41,209 nt of DNA from Spirochaetales bacterium (GCA_016928415.1 JAFGKU010000225.1:1-41209); one strand, 5' to 3'. Counted from the first letter of the stretch, positions 1-9,545 are shown. Program-made: numbers and translations. Notes: generated from the letters alone by a model not told the origin.

Positions 1-301
1 AATTTTAGAGATATTATTTGAATTGGTACTTTGTTGTTTAATTAAACCAGGCGGCAAAATAGAAAAAATTTCCCATGAAAAGGCTTTCCAACCCGTCAAT
101 TAATGAAAAATCCATTAGTTCGCCGTTTTCCAGGTAAGGCGTAATGTAATTTTCATCATTTATGAACTGGATTATATCAATTTCCCTGTGTTCAACCAGA
201 AATTTCTTGAGATTAATGCCGAATCCCAAACGGGGACCAGGACTTCACCATTGAAAATCTTTTCCACCTCATCCAGAAACAGGAGCGCCGGATTTTTCAT
301 T

Positions 302-1012
302 TTATTCTTCAACATCCGGGCCTTTGATATCTGCAAAGTTCTGGGTAAAATAAAAATAGTCCATGCCAAAGAATTGTTTGTTCAGGTAATGCGCCGCGCC
401 GGTGCCAAGAAATGTATATTTAGGATTGAGTATGTTTTTTTTATGCCCCGGCGACTTCATCCATTGTTTTAAAACGGATTTTGCCAGTCCCAGGTAAGTA
501 TGATTTTCAATCGGGTCTCCCTTGTATTTGTAACTGAAATATCCCCCGTTCTGCTCGGGTGTATAAATACCTTTTCCAGCCTGATATTCAATCCCGAAGG
601 AATTGGCGATATTTTCACCGCACGTACAATTTTCAACGCCCACCAATGCGAGTCTTTTCTTTAATGTCTCCTTCCCCTTCACCTTGCTCGTGTGGGAAAA
701 AAAATTACGGGAGGCCATATCATCGCTGTGTCCTTTCGCCGACTTCTCAAGAGCGGGGGAATGCTTCATCATCGATAATTTGTTTAAAACCCGCTGCCGG
801 TTCGTTTCATAGAAAACGGCCGCATGAAGAAGGGGGTAATCGATGTTGGCCATATCTATTCTCGTATTGGCCGCATCCAGCTCGGCAAATGTTTTATAAT
901 CATATTCCTCATACATTTCCGGCGACCAGGCGGAATTTTCATCGGCAAAAACGTGACATAAAGTCACGGTAAAAACAAGAAAGAAAAAACAGGCAATTAT
1001 TTTATTTATCAT
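302..1012 (-). CDS. Secreted CAP/SCP/PR-1-like (YkwD-type) domain protein
   Basis: 236-aa ORF with an N-terminal signal peptide (MINKIIACFFFLVFTVTL). Family motifs HSxDMAxxNFFSHTS, GENIA and SPGHKKNILNPKYTFLGTGAAHY are typical of bacterial YkwD-like CAP domains. Confidence 0.75.
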   Translation of the reverse strand: MINKIIACFFFLVFTVTLCHVFADENSAWSPEMYEEYDYKTFAELDAANTRIDMANIDYPLLHAAVFYETNRQRVLNKLSMMKHSPALEKSAKGHSDDMASRNFFSHTSKVKGKETLKKRLALVGVENCTCGENIANSFGIEYQAGKGIYTPEQNGGYFSYKYKGDPIENHTYLGLAKSVLKQWMKSPGHKKNILNPKYTFLGTGAAHYLNKQFFGMDYFYFTQNFADIKGPDVEE

Positions 1013-1160
1013 ATACTTTCCTTGAGTAAAATTTTACTCTTTTCATTGTATCCTCATTTAATGGATTGTCAATAAAATTAATGCATCCATCTAAATTCAT
1101 CATAAATTGTCCTGAATATTCATATGAAAATTGATTTTGTCAATTCATTAAATTAGACTA

Positions 1161-2552
1161 ATGGGTATGAAGCGATATTTTATTGTTCTTTTCCTTTTTT
1201 CCCTGCTTTTTACCGGCTTAAAATTACGGGCGGAAACAGACCCAAAAAAAGAAGCGGACAAATTATACAAGGCCGTATTAAATGAAGATTTTTTTGATGA
1301 AAAAATCAAACTGGGCGGCAAATTAGGCAGGGTAAAAATCCCTGAAACAGGGAAACTCCTCCGTCAATTGCTGGAAGACGACAGCTACTGGAACAGGATT
1401 GCCGCAGCAGAGGGGATTCTGGCGTTTGGTGATAAAGAGCTTGATAAACTCCTTGTTCAAACGGCGCTTAAAGATTTCATGATTGAAGACGAGGTGATCC
1501 GGCGAATTAAAAAAGCCCCAAAGCGTTTTTTACACTTTCTGGAATCTGAATATAATCCCGGTGGTCCGGAAGATAAACGGCTGAAAGTATTGGAAACTTT
1601 AAGTGTCATGCATTTTAAGGAAACCGATTCCTTTCTGACAGCCCTCGTTTTAAATAAACAGTCGGTGGATCGTAAAAAGGCCTGCGAATATCTTTTAAAA
1701 AACATTAAGGACAGCTATCAATTTTCCATGAAAATCCTTGATGATCCTGAATTAAGGGAATATGCCTTGTCAAATATATTGCAAAAGGGAACATACAAGG
1801 ATCTTATCCTGTTCACAAAAATTTTATCCAGGAAAGAGGAAACCCGATATACTGTTCTGGCATATGAAGCGGTTCAGAAGTGGGGAAATAACAATCTTAA
1901 AAGAACCACTTTTCTGAATGCCCTGGATTCTCAGGAAACCGAATTGCAGGAATCGGCTCTTTATGTGTTTGATAACGTACTCTCCGGCGAATTGAAAAAA
2001 AAACTCGGCTTCCTCGTTTCGAAAGGAGAAAGCCAGATGGTCCGGATCAAATCGGCAAGCCGTCTTCTGGATTACAATACCAAAGATATTGTCCCTTATT
2101 TAATCACGGCGCTCAAGGAAACATACAGTATTCAACCGGACGACGGCATAGACATTGCTGTTTCCTTTTTTACTCTCGGGATAACCGATATCTTCAATAA
2201 AATAAACAATGTACTTTCTCAAAATGATTTCGAAGCCATTATGGACAGCATAGTATCGGGTCTTAAACGTATAACAAAGGTGAATTTCGGCCGGTCCTAC
2301 ATTCAATGGTTTGATTGGTCCGTTTATTCTGGATATTCGGTTGAAGGGGTGAATATCATCCAGTTTCTATACTCCGGCTTTCCGGATAAACGAAAAAAAG
2401 CGGTGAAGGCTTCATTAAAGCTGCTGGGATATAAAAACGAGCAGGATTACAGGATAAAACGAAAAATACCCTCCGGACCCGGTGAAAACGCGCTGCTTTT
2501 AGCTCTTACCGATGACCTGATGAAAAAGGGATTCCTTATGGATGAGAATTAA
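1161..2552 (+). CDS. Secreted hypothetical protein, possibly HEAT/armadillo-like helical repeats
   Basis: 463-aa ORF with signal peptide (MKRYFIVLFLFSLLFTGLKLRA) followed by repetitive Leu/Asp/Glu-rich helical segments. No catalytic motif recognised. Contains an A9 homopolymer at 1991-1999. Confidence 0.45.
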   Translation: MGMKRYFIVLFLFSLLFTGLKLRAETDPKKEADKLYKAVLNEDFFDEKIKLGGKLGRVKIPETGKLLRQLLEDDSYWNRIAAAEGILAFGDKELDKLLVQTALKDFMIEDEVIRRIKKAPKRFLHFLESEYNPGGPEDKRLKVLETLSVMHFKETDSFLTALVLNKQSVDRKKACEYLLKNIKDSYQFSMKILDDPELREYALSNILQKGTYKDLILFTKILSRKEETRYTVLAYEAVQKWGNNNLKRTTFLNALDSQETELQESALYVFDNVLSGELKKKLGFLVSKGESQMVRIKSASRLLDYNTKDIVPYLITALKETYSIQPDDGIDIAVSFFTLGITDIFNKINNVLSQNDFEAIMDSIVSGLKRITKVNFGRSYIQWFDWSVYSGYSVEGVNIIQFLYSGFPDKRKKAVKASLKLLGYKNEQDYRIKRKIPSGPGENALLLALTDDLMKKGFLMDEN

Positions 2553-2680
2553 AACTCATCTATGTTATGTAATCCCGAATTAATAATTTACATCAACAGT
2601 CATATTTACCCTGACAAAGGCCCCCTTGATTTTTTAATCAAATTACGATAAAAGCAAATATATTAGCAAAAGGGGAACCC

Positions 2681-4348
2681 ATGGTTTTATTCACATCCTT
2701 ATTTCATATAATTGGAAGTTTGGCAGTTTTTTTATACGGTATGAAATTAATGAGTGATGGTCTGCAAAAATCAGCCGGGGAACGGCTGCATTCCATCCTG
2801 AACCTGATGACGGTAAACAGATTTACCGCCGTGATTACGGGAGTCGTTGTTACCTGCCTTATCCAATCTTCTTCCGCGACAACTGTTATGGTTGTGAGTT
2901 TTGTAAATGCAGCGATACTCAGTTTGACACAAGCCATCGGTGTCATTATGGGTGCCAACATTGGTACAACAATCACCGGTTGGTTGGTTTCATTATTCGG
3001 CTTTAAATGGGATATAACAGCACTTGCCCTTCCCTGTATTGCTATAGGCTTCCCCTTTCTCTTTGCAAAGAGAAGCAATCTCAGGAATTGGGGTGAAACC
3101 ATAATCGGTATTGGTATTCTCTTATTGGGACTGGGATTATTAAAACAATCCATACAGGAAATAAGGGAAGATAAAACCGTGCTGGATTTTCTTAAGTATT
3201 TCTCCGGCCATGGTTTCTTCTCAATTCTGTTCTATATTTTTGCCGGCATGATTGTCACTGCCATCATCCAGTCTTCGAGCGCCTTTATGGCAATGGTCAT
3301 AACAATGGCCTCTTTTGGATGGATGGATTATGAGACAGCCTGTGCCCTGATGCTGGGCTCCAATATAGGCACAACGATAACCACCAACCTTGCCGCTATA
3401 TCCACGAATTTGAATGCCAGACGGGCAGCCGTTGCGCATACCATTTTTAATGTCGTCGGCGTAATCCTCGCCCTGTTCCTTTTTAAACCATTGGTGAATC
3501 TGGCTGACTGGATAATACCCGGCGATCCCTTGCATTCAGAAAACATACACTTTCACCTTTCCTTATTTCACACAATATTTAATGTAGCGAACACAATGAT
3601 TCTCATCTGGAGCGTTCCCTATTTCGCAAAACTGGTTGAATTCCTGGTGAAGCCGATGCGAAGGGACCTGGAAAAAACATACAAATTAAGATATATTTCA
3701 ACGCCACTCCAGGAAACGGCGGAATTAAACATCATAGAAGCCAAAAGGGAAATCCATAAAATGGCGGATATCACAAAAGAAATGTTCGATATTTTCATGG
3801 ATGTTTTCAACAATCCCCAGAAAAAAATGCGTGACGAGGTAGACAGGTCAAAGGAAATGGAAGAATTGACCGACCAGATGCAGGTGGAAATCTCCCAGTA
3901 CCTGCTCGAGTGCCTGAAGAGGGAATTGAACGATGCCAGTGCACAGAACGTCAATTCGATGCTCAGAATCACCCATGAACTCGAGACTATTGCCGATACC
4001 TGCTACAACCTCATGATACTGGCCCAAAGACGGTATGACAAAAAAATGAAACTGGACAAGGCATCCTGCGAGGAAATAAATGAATATTCAATGCAGGTCA
4101 AGGATTTTATACGGTTTTATTATGATCACCTCGGTGAACACCTCAATTCATTCGATCTTGAAAGGGCGTACGAGTTGGAAACATCCATTGACCAGTCCAG
4201 AAATAAACTGAAGAAAACGGCCCAAAGCAGGCTGCAGAAAGGTGCTGATGTTAAGAAAGAACTCCTCTTCCTCGACATTATCCGGCATTTTGAACGGATC
4301 GGTGACTACTCGCTTAATATTTCCCAGGCCTTACAATTAATGACGTAA
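2681..4348 (+). CDS. Na+/Pi-cotransporter family protein (NptA-like) with C-terminal PhoU-like helical domain
   Basis: 555 aa. An internally duplicated membrane core carries the repeated signature QSSSATT...GANIGTTITGW and QSSSAFM...GSNIGTTITTN. A soluble helical C-terminus follows. SD aaaagggga lies upstream of the ATG. Confidence 0.8.
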   Translation: MVLFTSLFHIIGSLAVFLYGMKLMSDGLQKSAGERLHSILNLMTVNRFTAVITGVVVTCLIQSSSATTVMVVSFVNAAILSLTQAIGVIMGANIGTTITGWLVSLFGFKWDITALALPCIAIGFPFLFAKRSNLRNWGETIIGIGILLLGLGLLKQSIQEIREDKTVLDFLKYFSGHGFFSILFYIFAGMIVTAIIQSSSAFMAMVITMASFGWMDYETACALMLGSNIGTTITTNLAAISTNLNARRAAVAHTIFNVVGVILALFLFKPLVNLADWIIPGDPLHSENIHFHLSLFHTIFNVANTMILIWSVPYFAKLVEFLVKPMRRDLEKTYKLRYISTPLQETAELNIIEAKREIHKMADITKEMFDIFMDVFNNPQKKMRDEVDRSKEMEELTDQMQVEISQYLLECLKRELNDASAQNVNSMLRITHELETIADTCYNLMILAQRRYDKKMKLDKASCEEINEYSMQVKDFIRFYYDHLGEHLNSFDLERAYELETSIDQSRNKLKKTAQSRLQKGADVKKELLFLDIIRHFERIGDYSLNISQALQLMT

Positions 4349-4409
4349 ACCGCTTTACGCTCCCATATTAAAAAGACTCACTTAAACGCATTTATTTGGT
4401 TCATCGGTC

Positions 4410-4438
4410 TTGGCAGTTAATGCAATTCCGATTATAAT
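4410..4438 (+). promoter_or_regulatory. Sigma70-type promoter: TTGGCA-17 nt-TATAAT
   Basis: -35 TTGGCA at 4410-4415, a 17-nt spacer and -10 TATAAT at 4433-4438, read directly. Positioned to drive the small membrane ORF and the downstream GAF/HD-GYP gene. Confidence 0.5.
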
Positions 4439-4457
4439 ATTAAAAGAGGGAATGATT

Positions 4458-4655
4458 ATGGTATTATCCAGTTTAATTATACCTTTGGGAATAACGACCT
4501 TTGTTTCAATGGTTGTCACGGCCATTTTAGGCCAAAAAATCAAATTCATACAACCAAAACTCAAATTCCGGCTGCACAGGATTTTCGGCGTCATTACAAT
4601 CATAACGGCGACTACACACGCCGCCATCGTGATTTATTTAAATGTTCTTATATAA
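4458..4655 (+). CDS. Small two-helix membrane protein (hypothetical)
   Basis: 66 aa from ATG 4458 with SD agaggga 5-6 nt upstream. Two hydrophobic segments. The longer track ORF (from 4410) would begin inside the promoter, so the internal start is preferred. Confidence 0.35.
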   Translation: MVLSSLIIPLGITTFVSMVVTAILGQKIKFIQPKLKFRLHRIFGVITIITATTHAAIVIYLNVLI

Positions 4656-4677
4656 GAAACGGAGAGATTAGCCGATA

Positions 4678-5907
4678 ATGACAGAGGAAATGAATAAATT
4701 AAATGAAATAATTCGGCTTGGGTCGGAATTGAACAATATCCAGGACCTCGATATTCTGCTTGAACACATATTGACCGAAGCAAGGCAAATTTCAAATGCA
4801 GACGCCGGGACCATTTATATTCGCGAAGGCGATGAACTTCTTTTCAGCCATGCCCAGAACGATACAAAACAAAAAGAATTACCTTCGGGACAAAAATTAA
4901 TTTACAGGTCATTCAAGGTAAAAATCAATACTCAATCAATAGCCGGTTATGTGGCAGCCAAAAACCAGCCCCTGAACATACCCAATATGTACACCATTCC
5001 CAAAAACCTGCCCTACAGTTTTGATCCTCAGTATGACAAAAAATCCGGATATAAAACGGTTTCCACCCTGACATTGCCGTTAACGACCAATCTGAACGAA
5101 GTGATAGGCGTACTGCAAGTCATAAATTGCTGTAATAGAAAGGGCAATATCATTCCTTTCCGCGGGCAAGAGGAACCATTTGTCAAACATTTTTCCAATA
5201 TTGCCAGTATTGTTCTGCACCGGGCAAAATTGACGCGCGCCATCATTTTACGCATGAGCCGCATGGCGGAATTGAGGGACCCGAAGGAAACAGGCGCCCA
5301 CGTCAACCGGGTGGCTGCCTATTCCATAGAATTTTATGAGCGATGGGCCCATTACAAGAAAATTCCCAAGGCCGAAGTGGAAAGAAACAGGGATATTCTC
5401 AGAATGGCGGCCATGCTTCACGATGTCGGCAAGGTGGCCATTTCAGACCTTATCCTCAAAAAACCGGGCAAATTGACGCCGGAAGAATATGATATAATGA
5501 AAACGCACACCTTCATCGGCGCCCGCCTGTTCCGGGACAACGAATCGGAATTCGACAAGGTGGCGTATGTAGCCTCCCTGACCCACCATGAAAACTGGAA
5601 CGGCACCGGATACCCCGGCCACATAGATTTAATGACAGGAGAAGCCCTGGAAAAAGATGCCTCAGGGAAAGCCGTCGGTATGAAAGGGGAAGAAATACCC
5701 CTGTTCGGCAGGGTAGTGGCATTGGCGGATGTCTTTGACGCATTGTCCTGCCAACGGGTTTATAAACCGGCCTGGAAGGACGAGGACATAAACAAGGAGA
5801 TCAGGAGTTTATCCGGTAAAAAATTCGACCCCGATTTAGTCGACATATTCTTTGAATCACGCGAATTCATCGAATCCATAAAACAAAAATATCCCGATGT
5901 GGATTAA
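4678..5907 (+). CDS. GAF-domain / HD-GYP phosphohydrolase (putative c-di-GMP phosphodiesterase)
   Basis: 409 aa with an N-terminal GAF-like region. HD motif LHDVGK and the HD-GYP signature HHENWNGTGYPG. SD gagag upstream. Confidence 0.8.
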   Translation: MTEEMNKLNEIIRLGSELNNIQDLDILLEHILTEARQISNADAGTIYIREGDELLFSHAQNDTKQKELPSGQKLIYRSFKVKINTQSIAGYVAAKNQPLNIPNMYTIPKNLPYSFDPQYDKKSGYKTVSTLTLPLTTNLNEVIGVLQVINCCNRKGNIIPFRGQEEPFVKHFSNIASIVLHRAKLTRAIILRMSRMAELRDPKETGAHVNRVAAYSIEFYERWAHYKKIPKAEVERNRDILRMAAMLHDVGKVAISDLILKKPGKLTPEEYDIMKTHTFIGARLFRDNESEFDKVAYVASLTHHENWNGTGYPGHIDLMTGEALEKDASGKAVGMKGEEIPLFGRVVALADVFDALSCQRVYKPAWKDEDINKEIRSLSGKKFDPDLVDIFFESREFIESIKQKYPDVD

Positions 5908-5935
5908 TACCCTCATCAGCAAGGCATGAACAGGT

Positions 5936-6634
5936 ATGCAATGGCTATTGGACATATTGAAAACAAACGAGATAAATCTGGTAACAGCCAGTATCCGGCT
6001 TTTTTTAAGCATTTTCCTGGGTGGTCTCATAGGCATAGAAAGGGAAACCCATAAGCAGCTTGCCGGTTTCAGGACCAATATTTTAATCTGCGTCGGCTCC
6101 ACCATGATCATGATGCTTTCCATATACATTCCCCAGGTATTTCAAATGGGAGACCCTGGACGTATTGTGGCGCAGGTTGTTACCGGTGTCGGCTTTCTGG
6201 GCGCAGGCGCCATCATGCGGATAGGCGCCAATGTAAGGGGAATAACCACGGCAGCCACAATCTGGGCTGTTGCCGCCGTCGGCATGGTTGTCGGCGCAGG
6301 TATGTACCTGATAGCCATACTCAGCACCGGTATCATTATTTTTACACTGATAGTGCTGGATAAATTCGAAAAACGCATCTTTGACGAGCATTTTTTTAAA
6401 ACCCTTACCCTCAATTTCAAGTCCTGCATTACGGAAGTGGAACCGTTTGTAGACCTGGTCAAGGATAAAAAAATAAAGATACTGACCACGGAGGTCCACC
6501 ATTCCTTTGACAAAAAAAGCACAAAACTCCTCATCTTTCTCGATGTGACAGGACATATTGACACCAGGGAATTGAGTGAAAAATACCGACAGAATAAAAA
6601 CGTAACAAGCATGTGTATAGAAAACACGCACTAG
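5936..6634 (+). CDS. mgtC: MgtC/SapB family membrane protein
   Basis: 232 aa. The N-terminal MgtC signature (LFLSIFLGGLIGIERE ... GFRTNILICVGSTM ... TGVGFLGAGAIM ... GITTAATIWAVAAVGMVVGAG) is followed by a soluble ACT-like C-terminus. Confidence 0.8.
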   Translation: MQWLLDILKTNEINLVTASIRLFLSIFLGGLIGIERETHKQLAGFRTNILICVGSTMIMMLSIYIPQVFQMGDPGRIVAQVVTGVGFLGAGAIMRIGANVRGITTAATIWAVAAVGMVVGAGMYLIAILSTGIIIFTLIVLDKFEKRIFDEHFFKTLTLNFKSCITEVEPFVDLVKDKKIKILTTEVHHSFDKKSTKLLIFLDVTGHIDTRELSEKYRQNKNVTSMCIENTH

Positions 6635-6664
6635 TTTTTCAAGTTACATAAAGCAGCATGATAC

Positions 6665-6693
6665 TTGATTTTTTCTATTGCACGGCCTAATAT
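6665..6693 (+). promoter_or_regulatory. Candidate sigma70-type promoter TTGATT-17-TAATAT for the zinc-ribbon ORF
   Basis: TTGATT at 6665-6670, a 17-nt spacer and TAATAT at 6688-6693. About 28 nt upstream of ATG 6722, with SD aaggagggg in between. Confidence 0.35.
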
Positions 6694-6721
6694 CCGGATA
6701 TTGAAACAAGGAGGGGAATTC

Positions 6722-6871
6722 ATGATTATTCGATGCGAAAAATGCAGGGCAATGCTCGATCCCAACAAGGACCGGCCCATTCAAACCATCAAAACCGCCG
6801 GCAAGGTTACGGAAAAATACAAATGCCCCAAGTGCAAGGAAACATTTATTATAATCAAAGAATCGCTTTAG
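6722..6871 (+). CDS. Small zinc-ribbon protein (CxxC-N25-CxxC)
   Basis: 49 aa: MIIRCEKCRAMLDPNKDRPIQTIKTAGKVTEKYKCPKCKETFIIIKESL. A strong SD (aaggagggg) lies upstream, and the stop codon sits in the first palindrome of the downstream repeat array. Confidence 0.5.
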   Translation: MIIRCEKCRAMLDPNKDRPIQTIKTAGKVTEKYKCPKCKETFIIIKESL

Positions 6872-6993
6872 CGATTCTTGCCTACACACAGGACACTGAA
6901 TCGCTAAAGCGATTCTTGCCTACGCACAGGACACTGAATCGCTAAAGCGATTCTTGCCTACGCACAGGACACTGAATCGCTAAAGCGATTCTG
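6860..6993. repeat. Tandem array: 3.5 copies of a 38-bp unit, each holding a perfect 18-bp palindrome GAATCGCTAAAGCGATTC
   Basis: Units at 6860-6897, 6898-6935 and 6936-6973, with a partial unit at 6974-6993. Units 2-4 are identical. Unit 1 differs by 2 nt in the palindrome centre (TT vs AA) and 1 nt in the 20-nt constant segment ttgcctacgcacaggacact. The array lies exactly between the convergent stop codons at 6871 and 6997. Confidence 0.9.
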
Positions 6994-6996
6994 GAT

Positions 6997-7947
6997 TCAT
7001 TGACGCCACATGATGATGGAAGGGTCATCCTTGATTTTTTTGGAGAAAAGATAAAGGTTTCTCAAGGTGCTGGACAATTCGAACCTGACTTCCGCGCTGT
7101 TAAGCCAGACAAGAAGGCTGTCTTTGTCGGCAAGCAGTCTGGCTATTTCATTCATCGATGATGTCAATTGTACCATCATTGTATTGATCTTCTTGCCGTC
7201 AACGGCATTCAGCAGGACATCCACCTGACTTACGGCCCTTTCCAGGGGCGCCGTCATTTTTCCCAGGTTACCCAGCCCTTCAGACAGCTTTTCATGGTTT
7301 TCATCAATCAAGGTATTAATGGAACGGGCAAGGTTACCCAACTCGCGCAGTGTTATGGTTAACTGGCTTATGGTATTCTGGACTTCCTCCTGGTTGTCCT
7401 GGACCAGCACATTGAGCGCCGAAATAAGGTCTGAAGTGGTAATAAACGTATTCCTGACTTTAGTGATTGTCTCGTCCGCGCTCCCGGGAAGCACGGATGT
7501 GAGGGCATCGCCGGCTATTTCAAGAAGCCTGGAATATCCCATGGGATTTTCGCCGACAATATGGGCATCCGGCTCAAGCAAATCCGTGGAAGAGGGATTA
7601 TAATGGGAAACATTCACATACTTCTGCCCGACAAGGCTGGTCGCATATATCCTGAAAATCGCGTCCCTGTTCAGTTTAAACTGTTCCTTTATAAAAAGCC
7701 TCACAATGATGTGACCCTGATCGAAAAATATTTCCTCTACCTGGCCTATATTGGGTCCTCCGAGGATTTTCACCTTCGAACCAACCGTTAAATTATCCAG
7801 AAAGGCATATTCCACGTACAGATTATACCCCCGGCCGGAAAAAATATTGATCTGTCCGGACAGGATGATAAAAATGATGATAACGGCAAAACCGATACAG
7901 GTGAAAATCGAGATGGATATAATTACCTTTTTTTTATTTCCGCTCAT
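6997..7947 (-). CDS. mlaD: MCE-domain protein (MlaD-like substrate-binding component)
   Basis: 316 aa with one N-terminal TM helix, then an MCE fold (GSKVKILGGPNIGQVEEI...IFRIYATSLVGQKYVNV) and a long helical C-terminus. It is last in the operon after MlaE and MlaF. Confidence 0.75.
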   Translation of the reverse strand: MSGNKKKVIISISIFTCIGFAVIIIFIILSGQINIFSGRGYNLYVEYAFLDNLTVGSKVKILGGPNIGQVEEIFFDQGHIIVRLFIKEQFKLNRDAIFRIYATSLVGQKYVNVSHYNPSSTDLLEPDAHIVGENPMGYSRLLEIAGDALTSVLPGSADETITKVRNTFITTSDLISALNVLVQDNQEEVQNTISQLTITLRELGNLARSINTLIDENHEKLSEGLGNLGKMTAPLERAVSQVDVLLNAVDGKKINTMMVQLTSSMNEIARLLADKDSLLVWLNSAEVRFELSSTLRNLYLFSKKIKDDPSIIMWRQ

Positions 7948-7989
7948 TATTTATTCCCATTATATGTATCGGTATTTTTACGAAACCCT

Positions 7990-8757
7990 TTATGCCGTTA
8001 AGGGGCCGGAAGGAATTCCGTTTACAAACTGGTGAATATAGGGATTCTCCGATTTTTCAATATCCGGGGCCGACCCGGTAAATACGATCCTGCCGTTAAA
8101 TATCAACCCCACCCTGTCCGCTATGGACCGTGCGCTGTACAGATCATGCGTCACAACCACGAACGTTGTATTCAATTTCCTTTTAATGCTGAGGATCAAT
8201 TCATCGATCGTTGTGACCATGATGGGATCAAGCCCCGTGGTCGGTTCATCGAATAAAACGATCTCCGGTTCGGCGACGATGGCCCTGGCCAGGGCAACCC
8301 GCTTCATCATACCGCCGGACAGGGAGGCAATAGGCAGATCTTCCTTTCCCTCCAGCTCAACCAGATCAAGGGATATCTGTACCTTCCGCTGTTTTTCTTC
8401 CTGGGAGAGGTCCGGCCGAAGATGGTCGAGGGCAAAGGTAATATTTTCACCAACGCTGAGTGAATCGAACAAAGCGCCTCCCTGAAAAAGCATGCCGCAT
8501 TTCTTCCTCACCTTTTTAAGGGATTTCGGGTCCTGGGGATCGAACAACTCGGAATCAATATAAATTTTGCCCTTGTCCGGCAGGAACAAACCAATAATAT
8601 GTTTTAAGAGAACGCTTTTACCAATACCGCTCTGACCTAAAAGGACGAAAGTCTCCCCTTCATAAATGGTCAAATCAAGACCGTTTAAAATCATGCGGCC
8701 GCCCAGTTTTTTACTCAATCCTGAAATTTTTATTTTCTCTTTCATATCCGTTCCCAT
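7990..8757 (-). CDS. mlaF: ABC transporter ATP-binding protein (MlaF-like)
   Basis: Walker A GQSGIGKS, signature LSGGMMKRVALARA, Walker B ILFDEPTTGLD and an H-loop. The ATG at 8755-8757 overlaps the MlaE stop in a TGATG arrangement. Confidence 0.85.
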   Translation of the reverse strand: MGTDMKEKIKISGLSKKLGGRMILNGLDLTIYEGETFVLLGQSGIGKSVLLKHIIGLFLPDKGKIYIDSELFDPQDPKSLKKVRKKCGMLFQGGALFDSLSVGENITFALDHLRPDLSQEEKQRKVQISLDLVELEGKEDLPIASLSGGMMKRVALARAIVAEPEIVLFDEPTTGLDPIMVTTIDELILSIKRKLNTTFVVVTHDLYSARSIADRVGLIFNGRIVFTGSAPDIEKSENPYIHQFVNGIPSGPLTA

Positions 8758-9545
8758 CAATAAGCGAGAATATATGCTGTTCCGATCAGATAATCCAGAA
8801 CAATAACCATCAGGCTGCTGGTAACAACGGAACGAATGGTGGCCTTACCCACACCTTCGGCACCGCCCCTGGTGTGAAAACCCATGTAAGTGCTTATAAG
8901 AAGGACAACCCCCCCGATAACAGCCGACTTGGTCACCGACTCCCAGACAAAATACAGTTTCAGGGGAAACTGCGCCATTTCCCAGAACAGGGAATTATCC
9001 ACCTCGAATCCTACGGTAACCATCAGCCAGCCCCCCAGGAACGCTATCGAGATGGACATGGCCGAAAGAACGGGAACACTCACGATTCCGGCCATTACCC
9101 TCGGCGTGACGAGGAAATCAACGGGGTCCACGGCAAAGGTCTGCAGGGCATCAATCTGTTCCGTTACCCTCATCGTGCCTAATTTGGCCGTTACGGAGGA
9201 ACAAACACGGCTTACGACGATAAGCGCCGTGAGGACCGGTCCCAGTTCCTTGAGCAGCCCCACCGACAATGCCGCCCCGATAAACTGGGATGTGCCGGCT
9301 ATAATGGCTTCGAATGTATCACTCAATTCAAGGCCCAGGATCATACCGGTGAAAAATCCCGTAAGCAGGATGATGGGCAGGGTTTTGACCCCTATTTCAT
9401 ACATCGCCCTGAAAAACTCGAGCGGATACCGTATGTTATGCGGGACATGTCTAAAGGCGTTCAGCGAGAATTTAACGAAGGTGAACAGTTCATTGAAAAA
9501 ATATTTTATTTTGCCGGTTATATAATTCGGTTTGACGGAACTCAC
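8757..9545 (-). CDS. mlaE: ABC transporter permease (MlaE-like)
   Basis: 262 aa of polytopic membrane protein. The N-terminus (NAFRHVPHNIRYPLEFFRAMYEIGVKTLPIILLTGFFTGMILGLE) is typical of the MlaE/YrbE family. Confidence 0.85.
   Translation of the reverse strand: MSSVKPNYITGKIKYFFNELFTFVKFSLNAFRHVPHNIRYPLEFFRAMYEIGVKTLPIILLTGFFTGMILGLELSDTFEAIIAGTSQFIGAALSVGLLKELGPVLTALIVVSRVCSSVTAKLGTMRVTEQIDALQTFAVDPVDFLVTPRVMAGIVSVPVLSAMSISIAFLGGWLMVTVGFEVDNSLFWEMAQFPLKLYFVWESVTKSAVIGGVVLLISTYMGFHTRGGAEGVGKATIRSVVTSSLMVIVLDYLIGTAYILAY

Noticed and set aside
38-369. Two overlapping minus-strand ORFs (63 and 65 aa) downstream of the CAP gene, possibly one frameshifted gene
   Set aside because: No recognisable domain was found. 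'LLFLDE' is too short to call an ABC Walker B. The pair sits at the window edge, so no call is made.
188-472. 94-aa ORF on the + strand
   Set aside because: It lies entirely antisense to the well-supported CAP-domain gene, has low-complexity composition and no SD. It is spurious.
2627-2642. Palindrome TTGATTttttAATCAA as a terminator after the 1161-2552 gene
   Set aside because: The stem is AT-only and very weak, with no convincing U-tract. It is more likely part of the promoter -35 region for the Na/Pi-transporter gene.
4411-4425. Sigma54 -24/-12 promoter (TGGCAG...GCAAT)
   Set aside because: GG and GC are separated by 8 nt rather than the required 10. The same bases fit a sigma70 -35/-10 with 17-nt spacing much better.
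4382-4627. 81-aa minus-strand ORF
   Set aside because: It is antisense to the SD-supported small membrane ORF and the promoter, with no RBS.
6860-6993. Possible CRISPR array (regular approx 38-bp repeats with palindromic cores)
   Set aside because: The 20-nt segments between palindromes are identical in every unit and there is no cas gene nearby. It is a tandem direct repeat, not a repeat-spacer array.
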